From positions 1,510-65,509 of the forward strand of contig CP070797.1 in NCBI GenBank assembly GCA_020343495.1: 64,000 bases of DNA, given 5' to 3'. Position numbers and translations under genes: made by a program. Shown here piece after piece: positions 52,518-61,089 of the stretch. The notes below the pieces were generated by a model that was not told the DNA's origin, ran no database searches, and worked only from the letters and a program-made list of their open reading frames with translations. The stretch comes from Candidatus Omnitrophota bacterium. Lineage in GTDB: Bacteria; Omnitrophota; Gorgyraeia; Duberdicusellales; 4484-171. The number at the start of each line of letters is the position of its first letter. The first letter of the stretch is position 1.

Positions 52518-53918
52518 TTAACTACTAACTTTACTACTAACGAGAAACTCCTTTATAGCCTGCGCCGCATTTTTTGCCTGCGCAATAGCACTTATTACTG
52601 TTGCTGACCCGCTGACAATATCGCCGCCGGCAAAAATATCAGGTATAGACGTCTGACAATTCTCATTAACTTTTATATACCCCTTAGAAGTTAACTTTAA
52701 CCCTTCAATCGTAGAAATTAATAACGGATTAACCCCGCTGCCTACGGCAACAATTACTGTATCCAAATCAATAGTGAACTGCGAACCTTTTATGGGAACC
52801 GGTGAGCGCCTGCCGGAAGAGTCAGGGTCTCCCAGCATATTTTTAATACAGCGGACCGCTCTTACATTTCCTCCTCCATCGGAAAGTATTTCTTTGGGAG
52901 AAACAAGCAAGTTAAACTTAACCCCCTCCTGTTGAGCGTTTTCAATTTCTTCCTCTCTCGCCGGCATTTCATCCCGCGTCCGGCGGTAAATAATGGAAAC
53001 TTGCTCTGCTCCTAATCTTAAAGCGCAGCGGGCACAATCAAAAGAAACATTGCCCGCTCCAAACACGCCGATTTTTCTGCCGATTTTTACCGGCGTATCA
53101 TATTCAGGGAACCTGTAACTTTTCATCAAATTCACCCGTGTAAGAAACTCATTCGCTGAATACACTCCGTTTAAGTTCTCGCCGGGTATGTTTAAAAACC
53201 GCGGAAGGCCGGCGCCTACACCGATAAAAAAAGCAGCGAACCCTTCCTGCCTTAAATCCTGTATAGTTTTGGTCCTTCCCGCTACAAAATCAGTAATAAC
53301 TTTTACTCCCAAACTCTTTATATAACCAACTTCTTTCTCAACAATAATTTTAGGAAGCCTGAATTCAGGGATTCCGTAAACAAGCACCCCGCCTGCCTTG
53401 TGCAACGCCTCAAACAAATATACGTCAAACCCTTCTTTAGCCAAATCAGCCGCGCAGCTAAGCCCTCCCGGGCCAGACCCGATAACCGCAACTTTTACTG
53501 CTTTTAAGTCTTTGCTGCCTGCCTTAGCTTTAGTCGTTTGTCCAGAGCCTTTCTGCAATTCCCAATCGGCAACGTATCTTTCTAAATAACCAATCTTAAT
53601 CGCCTTACCTTTTTTATCTAAAATGCAAGAGACCTGACACTGGTCTTCCTGAGGGCACACTCTGCCGCATACGCCGGGAAGATTATTGGTCTCTTTAATC
53701 TTTTTTATAGCACCGCAATAATCTTTATCTGTAATTAACCGTATGAACTCTTTAATATCAATTCCTGCCGGGCACCCTTCTCTACAAGGAGGGTTCTTGC
53801 ACTGCAAGCATCTGCGAGCTTCAATTAACGCCTCTTCTTGGGTAAACCCCAGAGAAACTTCTCTAAAGGTGCGTTTTCTCTCTTCCAACGGTATTTTTGT
53901 TATTTTACCTTCCCTCAT
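52518..53918 (-). CDS. GltD/NfnB/SudA-type NADPH-dependent FAD/Fe-S oxidoreductase (glutamate synthase small-subunit-like)
   Basis: CLQCKNPPCREGCPAGIDI, VAVIGSGPGGLSCAADLAKEGFDVYLFE, IFAGGDIVSG. Confidence 0.8.
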   Translation of the reverse strand: MREGKITKIPLEERKRTFREVSLGFTQEEALIEARRCLQCKNPPCREGCPAGIDIKEFIRLITDKDYCGAIKKIKETNNLPGVCGRVCPQEDQCQVSCILDKKGKAIKIGYLERYVADWELQKGSGQTTKAKAGSKDLKAVKVAVIGSGPGGLSCAADLAKEGFDVYLFEALHKAGGVLVYGIPEFRLPKIIVEKEVGYIKSLGVKVITDFVAGRTKTIQDLRQEGFAAFFIGVGAGLPRFLNIPGENLNGVYSANEFLTRVNLMKSYRFPEYDTPVKIGRKIGVFGAGNVSFDCARCALRLGAEQVSIIYRRTRDEMPAREEEIENAQQEGVKFNLLVSPKEILSDGGGNVRAVRCIKNMLGDPDSSGRRSPVPIKGSQFTIDLDTVIVAVGSGVNPLLISTIEGLKLTSKGYIKVNENCQTSIPDIFAGGDIVSGSATVISAIAQAKNAAQAIKEFLVSSKVSS

Positions 53919-53940
53919 TTACATCCTCACAAACTTTTAA

Positions 53941-54813
53941 TCAGCCGGTATTATCTAAGCGGCACTTATGCCCTTTATCTTTAAATTTCCCTAAAGAACG
54001 CTTCTCTTCATTGATAAAGCGGTCCTGCCTCTGCATTAACTCATCAAAATCAACTAAATGCCCGTCAAACTCCGGGCCGTCCACACAACAAAACTTAACT
54101 TTGCCTGCCTCAATCAAGCGGCAGCCTCCGCACATTCCTGTTGCGTCCAGCATTATAGCGTTTAAACATACCGTTGTTTTTATATTGTAAGGCTTGGTTA
54201 TCTGCGAAACTACTTTCATCATAGGAAGCGGGCCCACACAGTAAACCAACCCGAAATCTTTCTCTTTTCGTAAGACTCTTTCTAAAATATCACTTACAAA
54301 CCCTTTTTCTCCTAAACTGCCGTCATCAGTGCTAACATATAATTTATCGCAATACTTGCCTATCTCATCTTTTAGAATCAGCAACTCTTTAGTCTTTGCT
54401 CCCAAAATAGAATAAATCAGGCAGCCTCCCTCTTTCAATGACTTCACTAACGGTAAAGCTTCGGCAATGCCGACGCCGCCGGCTACGACAAAAACTTTAC
54501 CGTAATTCTTTACTAGAGTGGGATGGCCCAGCGGCCCTACCAAAGAATATAAAGAGTCCCCTTGCTTCAACGTCCCTAGGAGTTTGGTGGAATACCCTAT
54601 TTCCTGAAAAATAAGGGTAATCGTCCCCTTATTCTGATTTTTATCTACAATAGTTAAAGGAATTCTCTCACCGGTTTGCTTTACCATTAAGACGATGAAC
54701 TGGCCGGGTTGGGCTTTTGCGGCAATTACCGCTGCCTCAACGTCAATTCTAACAATCCTGGTATCTGCTGTTTCAGCTAAAACTACCTTATTTACTATCT
54801 TCATTGCTCTCAC
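53941..54813 (-). CDS. PyrK/NfnA/SudB-type FAD/NAD-binding [2Fe-2S] subunit
   Basis: ERIPLTIV, VVAGGVGIAEALP, C-terminal GMCGGCRL...KFCCVDGPEF. The likely start is ATG at 54802-54804 (MKIVNKV). The track uses GTG at 54813. Confidence 0.75.
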   Translation of the reverse strand: MRAMKIVNKVVLAETADTRIVRIDVEAAVIAAKAQPGQFIVLMVKQTGERIPLTIVDKNQNKGTITLIFQEIGYSTKLLGTLKQGDSLYSLVGPLGHPTLVKNYGKVFVVAGGVGIAEALPLVKSLKEGGCLIYSILGAKTKELLILKDEIGKYCDKLYVSTDDGSLGEKGFVSDILERVLRKEKDFGLVYCVGPLPMMKVVSQITKPYNIKTTVCLNAIMLDATGMCGGCRLIEAGKVKFCCVDGPEFDGHLVDFDELMQRQDRFINEEKRSLGKFKDKGHKCRLDNTG

Positions 54814-54815
54814 TC

Positions 54816-54864
54816 AAAATAAAAAAGCGCCCTTCCTATGTTCATCCATTTATAGAAAGGACGC
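54816..54864 (-). terminator. Strong intrinsic-terminator structure ending ~12 nt before the nfnA-like start codon (leader attenuator)
   Basis: Sense: GCGTCCTTTCTAT (54852-54864 on plus), 12-nt loop, ATAGGAAGGGCGC (54827-54839 on plus). That is 13 bp including 2 G-U pairs. It is followed by TTTTTTATTTTG, then GAGTGAGAGCA and ATG. Confidence 0.7.
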
Positions 54865-54878
54865 CCTTGTCCATTCCA

Positions 54879-54907
54879 AATATATCATAGCCAAATAGAA
54901 TTGTCAA
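54879..54907 (-). promoter_or_regulatory. Predicted sigma70-type promoter upstream of the leader terminator
   Basis: Sense: TTGACA (54902-54907), 17-nt spacer, TGaTATATT (-10 at 54879-54884). A transcript would start only ~10 nt before the terminator stem. Confidence 0.6.
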
Positions 54908-54942
54908 GAACCTCAGCCTTTCCTTTCTCTATTACTGCTCAT

Positions 54943-55470
54943 CTAATACTCTATTCCCCTGCGGGCGCAAATCCCTTTATCAAAAGGGTGTTTTACTTTT
55001 TTAATAAGGCTTACGTAATCTGCCAATTTAATTAAATCCGAAGGAGCGCGTCTGCCGGTCAAAATAATTTCTATTGATGCGCCTTTCTTTATTATTCGTT
55101 TCAAAACGGCCTTGGGGCAGGCCCTTAGCCCTACCGCATTCAGTATTTCATCTAAAACTATAAGGTCAAACTTCTTTTGATTAATATAACCTTCAATTTT
55201 CAGTAAAGCCTTCCGGATTGACTCTTTTAGCTTTTTTGCATCGGCCTTTTCCCCTTTTTTTAAAAACATAGGATGAATCTGGCCCCTAAAACGTTCAATC
55301 ACAACAGATGTTTTTACTCTTTTAACAAACTCTATTTCTCCACTGACCCTTTTTACATCTTTTAAAAATTGCCCAATATAAGCTTTTTTATTAAACCCAG
55401 CCAGGCGCAACGCCAGGCCTAAGGCAGCGGTAGTTTTACCTTTGCCGTCTCCTATATAAAAATGCACCAT
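54943..55470 (-). CDS. cobO: Cob(I)yrinic acid a,c-diamide / cob(I)alamin adenosyltransferase (CobO/BtuR type)
   Basis: VHFYIGDGKGKTTAALGLALR...LIVLDEI. Confidence 0.85.
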   Translation of the reverse strand: MVHFYIGDGKGKTTAALGLALRLAGFNKKAYIGQFLKDVKRVSGEIEFVKRVKTSVVIERFRGQIHPMFLKKGEKADAKKLKESIRKALLKIEGYINQKKFDLIVLDEILNAVGLRACPKAVLKRIIKKGASIEIILTGRRAPSDLIKLADYVSLIKKVKHPFDKGICARRGIEY

Positions 55471-55919
55471 AACTTAACCAGCCCCATACTTCCTAAAGTT
55501 ACGAAAATTGCTGCTAACAAAACACCCAGAGATATTGCTACGATTGCTTTCTTCATGCGAAAATTAAACAAAGTTGCCGCCACGCTGCCGGTCCAAGCAC
55601 CTGTTCCGGGAAAAGGAATGGAAACGAAAAAAACCAGCCCCCAAAAACCGTAAGTCTCTACTATTTTAGATTTTTTCTCTACTCTCCTAAACCACCACTT
55701 AAATATTTTTTCTATCGGCCTTAGATGCTCCAGCCTAGTTACCACCCACCTGAAAAAAAGAAGCAGCAAGGGAATGGGCAGGAGATTACCTGCCAGGGCA
55801 AAAACAAAAACTTTACCTAAACTTAATCCTTTAGCAATACCTATAGGAATAGCTCCTCTCAATTCAACAACGGGAGAAGCTGAAACCAGAAAAATTAATA
55901 ATTCGTTATTTATATCCAT
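55452..55919 (-). CDS. Small membrane protein (COG2426-type putative small multidrug export protein)
   Basis: Four TM; ASPVVELRGAIPIG... pattern. Confidence 0.5.
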   Translation of the reverse strand: MDINNELLIFLVSASPVVELRGAIPIGIAKGLSLGKVFVFALAGNLLPIPLLLLFFRWVVTRLEHLRPIEKIFKWWFRRVEKKSKIVETYGFWGLVFFVSIPFPGTGAWTGSVAATLFNFRMKKAIVAISLGVLLAAIFVTLGSMGLVKLWCIFI

Positions 55920-56544
55920 ATTCTCCTAACAAAGGAACGAACATACATGCACAAACAACCTCTTTATCAATTTTACTCACAGAGATTTTCTTAACCACGG
56001 TTAACTCCTGCTGCAGGGGCCCGCCAAGAGGGATAACCATCCGCCCCTCTACTTTAAGCTGTTCTATCCAGCAAGGAGAAACAGCCGGAGAAGCTGCCGT
56101 AACAATTATTCTGTCATAAGGAGCGTTTTGCGGCCAACCTAACGTGCTGTCGCCTGCCTTTACCTCTACCTTACATTTCAGGGAATCCAGCAGCAGTTTT
56201 GCTTTCTGCGCCAAAGCAGGGACTCTTTCAATGCTGTACACGCTTGCTCCCAGATAAGAAAGAATTGCTGCCTGATACCCGCTTCCCGTGCCAACTTCTA
56301 ATACTTTTTGAGACTCCCCTACTTCTAAATGCTGCGTCATCAACGCCACAATGTAAGGCTGCGAAATAGTCTGATTTTCTCCGATAGGAAGGGGGTAATC
56401 CTCATAGGCAAATTTTCTATTTTGCTCGCTGACAAAAAGATGGCGCTCAACAGCCCTGAAAGCCTCCAATATTTTTGGCTCCTCAATACCGCGCTGTAAA
56501 ATCTGTTCAGAAACCATTCTCTCTCTAAGGGCGTCAAAATCCAC
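55906..56544 (-). CDS. pcm: Protein-L-isoaspartate O-methyltransferase
   Basis: PLPIGENQTISQPYIVALM, VLEVGTGSGYQAAIL. Confidence 0.9.
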   Translation of the reverse strand: MDFDALRERMVSEQILQRGIEEPKILEAFRAVERHLFVSEQNRKFAYEDYPLPIGENQTISQPYIVALMTQHLEVGESQKVLEVGTGSGYQAAILSYLGASVYSIERVPALAQKAKLLLDSLKCKVEVKAGDSTLGWPQNAPYDRIIVTAASPAVSPCWIEQLKVEGRMVIPLGGPLQQELTVVKKISVSKIDKEVVCACMFVPLLGEYGYK

Positions 56545-56558
56545 AATATAACCTTAAC

Positions 56559-57272
56559 TTAAGGATTCAACCTCTCTTCTCTGTCCAACTCTAAAATAAA
56601 CCTTACAAACCTTATTGTATCTACAAAAGGGCTTATTTTACTTCTCTGGTTTTTAAAATAAATACTCTTTACGGGAATACTCTTTATAAAAAACCCGCGT
56701 CGGGCGGCTTTAATGAGAATCTCTGACTCTATTTCAAACTTATTTGTCCGTATTCTTATCCCTTCCAACACATCTCTTTTAATCAGGCGAAACCCGCACT
56801 GAGTATCAGGAATCTTTTGCTTTGCTATTCTGGAAATAAACCAAGACATAGCTTTATTAGTAATGACCCTCAAGGCAGGCATACCCCCGGGATTACCCAT
56901 TCTATCTCCCACGACAAAAGACGCCCCTTTTTCTGCTTCATTCAAAAAACTGTCCAGGTCAGAAGGACAGTGCTGGCCGTCAGCGTCCATGGTAATAATA
57001 TAATCAAAACTCTCGTTCTGCAAAAGATAAGCTACTGCTTTCTTTAAAGCCATGCCCTTGCCGAGGTTCGCTCTATTCTTAATTACTATATGCGCCTCTC
57101 TTTTTACTATATCAAAAGTATTGTCGCTGGAGCCGTCATCAATAACAAGAGTGGATAATCCCCTTGTTTTAAGCTCACTAAGAAGCGCACTTAAGGACCT
57201 CTGTGAAGCAGAAAGGCCGCCAGCGGTGTCATATCCTTCATTATATGCGGGAATTACTACCCAGACTTTCAT
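56559..57272 (-). CDS. Family 2 glycosyltransferase (polyprenyl-phosphate sugar transferase-like)
   Basis: VVIPAYNE...VIDDGSSD...TMDADGQH. Confidence 0.8.
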   Translation of the reverse strand: MKVWVVIPAYNEGYDTAGGLSASQRSLSALLSELKTRGLSTLVIDDGSSDNTFDIVKREAHIVIKNRANLGKGMALKKAVAYLLQNESFDYIITMDADGQHCPSDLDSFLNEAEKGASFVVGDRMGNPGGMPALRVITNKAMSWFISRIAKQKIPDTQCGFRLIKRDVLEGIRIRTNKFEIESEILIKAARRGFFIKSIPVKSIYFKNQRSKISPFVDTIRFVRFILELDREERLNP

Positions 57273-58134
57273 AATCTTTCACCCAATATTTCTCAAACAT
57301 ATACCATTGTTCAGGATACATCCTTAAATATTTCTCTAATATCAAAATATAATTCTTTATTACGGCTGCCTGAGCCTCTTCAGTTAAAAGAGATGAAGCG
57401 TCAGTTGCCTCCCAGATAGGTTTCTCAAAAATCAAACGGTAAAACTTCTTATTCTGGCGGACAAAAAAAGAAGGCACGATAGCAGCTCCTGTTCTCATCG
57501 CAAAGTAGAACGCTCCCCGGGGAATGTTTGCCCTTCTGGAAAACATCTCAGCTTCTATGCCTGCTCCGGCGGTAAAATCCCTGTCTCCAAGGAAAGCAAT
57601 CATTGCTCCCTTTTTTAGAACGGAAAAACACTGCTTAACGCTAACGCCGGTAGGAATAACACCGATACCAACCCTGCGGCGGTGACGGTTAAAAAACTCA
57701 TTTGTCCGCTTGTCTTTATGAGGTAAAGCAACCGCATAAATTGGGTATCCTAAGAGCGCGACCACTGCTCCGCCTAACTCATAATTGCCTAAATGAGCGG
57801 TGAGAGAAACAACGCCTTTCTTCTTAGAAAGAGATTCTTGGAGAAAATTTATCCCTTCCACTTTAACGTACTTCTTAATAAAATTTTGATCTAACTTTGA
57901 ATACCTGAAAAAATCAACCAAATAATAAGAAAAATTAACGAACACCTGATGCGTACTCCTGGTGCACCTTTTTTCATCTTCCACAATAGGAGAAAGATTA
58001 TATTTAACGGCGTCTCTGTCTTTCTTGGAAAGATAGAAATGAACCGTAGCCAAAATTTTTGCAAGAAAATAGCACCATTGCCTAGGAAATATTAAACAAA
58101 GTATTTTGCCTAAAATAAAAAGATAATACATCAT
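57241..58134 (-). CDS. LpxL/HtrB-family lysophospholipid/lipid A acyltransferase
   Basis: N-terminal TM. VSLTAHLGNYELGG (HX4-like acyltransferase block). PEQWYMF. Confidence 0.7.
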   Translation of the reverse strand: MMYYLFILGKILCLIFPRQWCYFLAKILATVHFYLSKKDRDAVKYNLSPIVEDEKRCTRSTHQVFVNFSYYLVDFFRYSKLDQNFIKKYVKVEGINFLQESLSKKKGVVSLTAHLGNYELGGAVVALLGYPIYAVALPHKDKRTNEFFNRHRRRVGIGVIPTGVSVKQCFSVLKKGAMIAFLGDRDFTAGAGIEAEMFSRRANIPRGAFYFAMRTGAAIVPSFFVRQNKKFYRLIFEKPIWEATDASSLLTEEAQAAVIKNYILILEKYLRMYPEQWYMFEKYWVKDYESLGSNSRI

Positions 58135-58149
58135 AAAAAAGACTATAGT

Positions 58150-59271
58150 CTAGCCGCTAATTATCTCTCCGGAAATCAAGTCTACTATCCGCAAAGAAGA
58201 ATCAATAAATGAATTCTCTCTTGCTTTTTCTTTAAGATAAAACATCCTCTTCCTATCGCGCATGAGCCCTTTTACCGCCTCTCCTATTAAAGAAGTATTA
58301 TCAACTTTAACAACCGCTCCCCGGTAGAGAAGGTAATTTACGTTTCTCTCCTCCTGCCCGGGAATAGGATTGACAATAATGATGCATAAGCTTTTAGCTA
58401 ACGCTTCCGATACGGTTATGCCTCCTGCTTTGGTAATAATTATATCGGAGAAATCCATGATTTTATGGACAAAATCAATGTAGCCAAAACAGAAAATTGG
58501 TTTCTTGAAATCTTTTTTGTTCTTCTCAAACCAATTATAAAGAGTCTTATTCTTACCGCACACCACGACAATCTGGAAGTTACTATCTAAAGAATCGAGC
58601 TGCTGGGCTATCTTCTTAATAGGGCCTATGCCTAAGCCGCCGCCCATAATCAATACCGAATCCCGCTTGCTTGCGAAGTTTAAATTATCACATACTTCCT
58701 GCCTTGAGTAAGCTTTTAAAAATTCTACCGATATGGGGATACCTAAAACTTTTATTTTTTCTTCTCCCACGCCTTCTCTAACCAGAGTTTCTTTCGCTTC
58801 TTTACATGCAACAACGTATTTATCTATGCAGGGATGAATCCAAAAACGGTGAGGATAATAATCAGTAACTACTGCTACGAGGGGGATTTTTAACCCGAAC
58901 TTTTGTTTGAAATCAGCGACCAGGCCGCAGGGAAACGCCTGGGTAGTTACAAAACAGGTGGGCTTAAAATCATTTATAAGCCGCGATAACTTCTTAAAAG
59001 TTATTCTGTTTACAAACCTGCGGCAAGGAGTAAGAAATTTTACCACTCTCCTGCGGTCGTAAAGGCCTCCCCACAGGTCAGGGATATACTTTATTAGAAG
59101 CGTATATAAAAAATCAACAACTTTTTCCCAATAAGGATAAAAATGCCCAAAACCGTTTATACTTAAAACTTCCGCCTCGGGCTCCTTATACCTGAAAGCT
59201 TCTTTTATATTCTCGGCAGCTTTGCTGTGGCCGCCAAAATCAGAAATATAAAAAATAAGTATTCTTTTCAC
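58150..59271 (-). CDS. MGDG-synthase/GT28-type diacylglycerol glycosyltransferase
   Basis: ILIFYISDFGGHSKAAENI...DIIITKAGGITVSEALA. Confidence 0.7.
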   Translation of the reverse strand: MKRILIFYISDFGGHSKAAENIKEAFRYKEPEAEVLSINGFGHFYPYWEKVVDFLYTLLIKYIPDLWGGLYDRRRVVKFLTPCRRFVNRITFKKLSRLINDFKPTCFVTTQAFPCGLVADFKQKFGLKIPLVAVVTDYYPHRFWIHPCIDKYVVACKEAKETLVREGVGEEKIKVLGIPISVEFLKAYSRQEVCDNLNFASKRDSVLIMGGGLGIGPIKKIAQQLDSLDSNFQIVVVCGKNKTLYNWFEKNKKDFKKPIFCFGYIDFVHKIMDFSDIIITKAGGITVSEALAKSLCIIIVNPIPGQEERNVNYLLYRGAVVKVDNTSLIGEAVKGLMRDRKRMFYLKEKARENSFIDSSLRIVDLISGEIISG

Positions 59272-59273
59272 TT

Positions 59274-60431
59274 TTAATATTTATATGCCTTTAAGAAAGC
59301 ATCTACTACACCAGCAAGAAATTGTTTCCCCTTGTTTTTCTTTATCTGTCTGATTGCTTCTTTGGGAGAAAGCGCCTTTCTGTACGGCCGGCCCACGGTC
59401 ATTGCATCAAAAGCGTCTGCGATAGCGATAACAGAAGCATTAAGGGGTATTTGTCTGCCCTTCAAACCGCAAGGGTAGCCTCCCCCGTCAGGCCTTTCGT
59501 GATGATGCTTAACACCTAACAAAACTTCGCCGAACTCTTCAATATGGTTTAAAATTTCTGCGCCGGTTAAAGGGTGCCGCTGGATGACTTCTCTCTCTTT
59601 TTGCGTTAAAGACCCTTTCTTATTTAGAATTTTTTCTGAAATGCCAATTTTTCCTATGTCGTGCAGTAATGCCGCTATCCTTAAATTTTCTCTAAATTTT
59701 GGCCAATCAGCTATGCTTTTGTCTTTCTTTAAATGCTCCACGATAACCAGACAGTGTTTCATAACCCTTTCGGTATGGCCAACGGTATATTTATCTTTAG
59801 CTTCTATACTTGAAGTTAACGCCGAGACCGTCTGCAGAAACAGGCGTTTATTTATATGCAGCTGCTTACCGATATCTTCAATCAGCCAAGTATTCTTTAT
59901 CGCCATAACAATGTTGGAAGCAAGCACGGTCAAAAACCCGACCTCTTCGTCGCCAAACTTCTTATTATTTATTTTTTCTCCCAGAAACAGGACCCCGATT
60001 AAATCTTTTCTAAAAAATCCGGGGATACAAATTTCTGCCTGATACAGAGAAAGGTTATTTTTAAGGTCAACCAGAAATTCTCTAAGCTTTAAATTACTCT
60101 TTACCGGCCCGGATTTAAACCAATCGTCTATTTTCCTCAAAAGAAGGACACCCGAAGGCAAACCTACATTTTTATCCGTAAAATAGCGTATTAAGGGATT
60201 AACTTTTCCTATCTTAACAAACCCCGTAGGGATTTTAAAGTCAGCATACCCCCGCGATACTTCTAAGACATACTCTTCCTTATCCTTATCATAGAGAAAA
60301 ATCCCTGCGTGTTTTACTTTGATATTATTTACGATCATTCTTAAAATCAGCTTGATGAGAATGTCTGTGCGATGAATAAGAATTGTCTGGCGCGCTGCTC
60401 TTTCTAAACTCTTTCTATATGAGACCTTCAT
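59274..60431 (-). CDS. GAF-like + HD-GYP domain phosphodiesterase
   Basis: AALLHDIGKIG...HHERPDGGGYP. Confidence 0.85.
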   Translation of the reverse strand: MKVSYRKSLERAARQTILIHRTDILIKLILRMIVNNIKVKHAGIFLYDKDKEEYVLEVSRGYADFKIPTGFVKIGKVNPLIRYFTDKNVGLPSGVLLLRKIDDWFKSGPVKSNLKLREFLVDLKNNLSLYQAEICIPGFFRKDLIGVLFLGEKINNKKFGDEEVGFLTVLASNIVMAIKNTWLIEDIGKQLHINKRLFLQTVSALTSSIEAKDKYTVGHTERVMKHCLVIVEHLKKDKSIADWPKFRENLRIAALLHDIGKIGISEKILNKKGSLTQKEREVIQRHPLTGAEILNHIEEFGEVLLGVKHHHERPDGGGYPCGLKGRQIPLNASVIAIADAFDAMTVGRPYRKALSPKEAIRQIKKNKGKQFLAGVVDAFLKAYKY

Positions 60432-60569
60432 CTACTTTACCTAACAGATATTTGTGTTAACCCCTTCTTTAAGGCAGAACTACTCTCTTTGTTCATCTTG
60501 ACTAAAAACATCAAAACAAACTCGCCTTACGAATAAAAAATGGCTCTTAGACAAATTATATTTGCGCAA

Positions 60570-60929
60570 CTAAAGAATATATTCTTCTACTTTTTTACTC
60601 AACTCGCTTAAATCCAAAGGCTTAGTTATATAATCAATTGCTCCTAACTGTTGCGCTTTCTCCCGAAACTCTTTATCGTCTCTGCCTGTAATCATAATGA
60701 CTTTTAAAGAATCGTCTATTTCCCGTAATTCTTTAAGCACAGTTATACCATCTTTACCCGGCATCTGGATATCTAAAAATATAAAGTCCGGATTATGCAG
60801 ATGGTAAAAATCAAACGCCTGCTTTCCTTCATTGGCTTTTATAACCGAGATATCGAACCGCATTAAAAACCTCTCTAAAAAATCGGTAATTTCTTTCTCG
60901 TCGTCAACAACTAACACTTTTTTCTTCAC
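60570..60929 (-). CDS. Single-domain CheY-like response regulator
   Basis: KVLVVDDE...FIFLDIQMPGKDGI...DYITKP. GTG start after AAGGAGG. Confidence 0.9.
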   Translation of the reverse strand: MKKKVLVVDDEKEITDFLERFLMRFDISVIKANEGKQAFDFYHLHNPDFIFLDIQMPGKDGITVLKELREIDDSLKVIMITGRDDKEFREKAQQLGAIDYITKPLDLSELSKKVEEYIL

Positions 60930-61089
60930 TCCTCATCCCTCCTTTCCTTAGTTGTCTTGGCACTATTGGCTAAGAATGCTCACCTGAAACTGCCTTATTT
61001 ACGAATAGAATATATCACAATTATCATACGGGGTAAATAAAATTTCGCAAGGATATATTTTTATAAATATTTAAGAGCAACGAACAAAG

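Noticed and set aside
60951-60970. TTGGCAC...GGCT on the plus strand resembling a sigma54 -24/-12 element
   Set aside because: The GG-to-GC spacing is two nucleotides too short relative to the TGGCACG-N4-TTGCW pattern. It also faces the strand that carries no genes.
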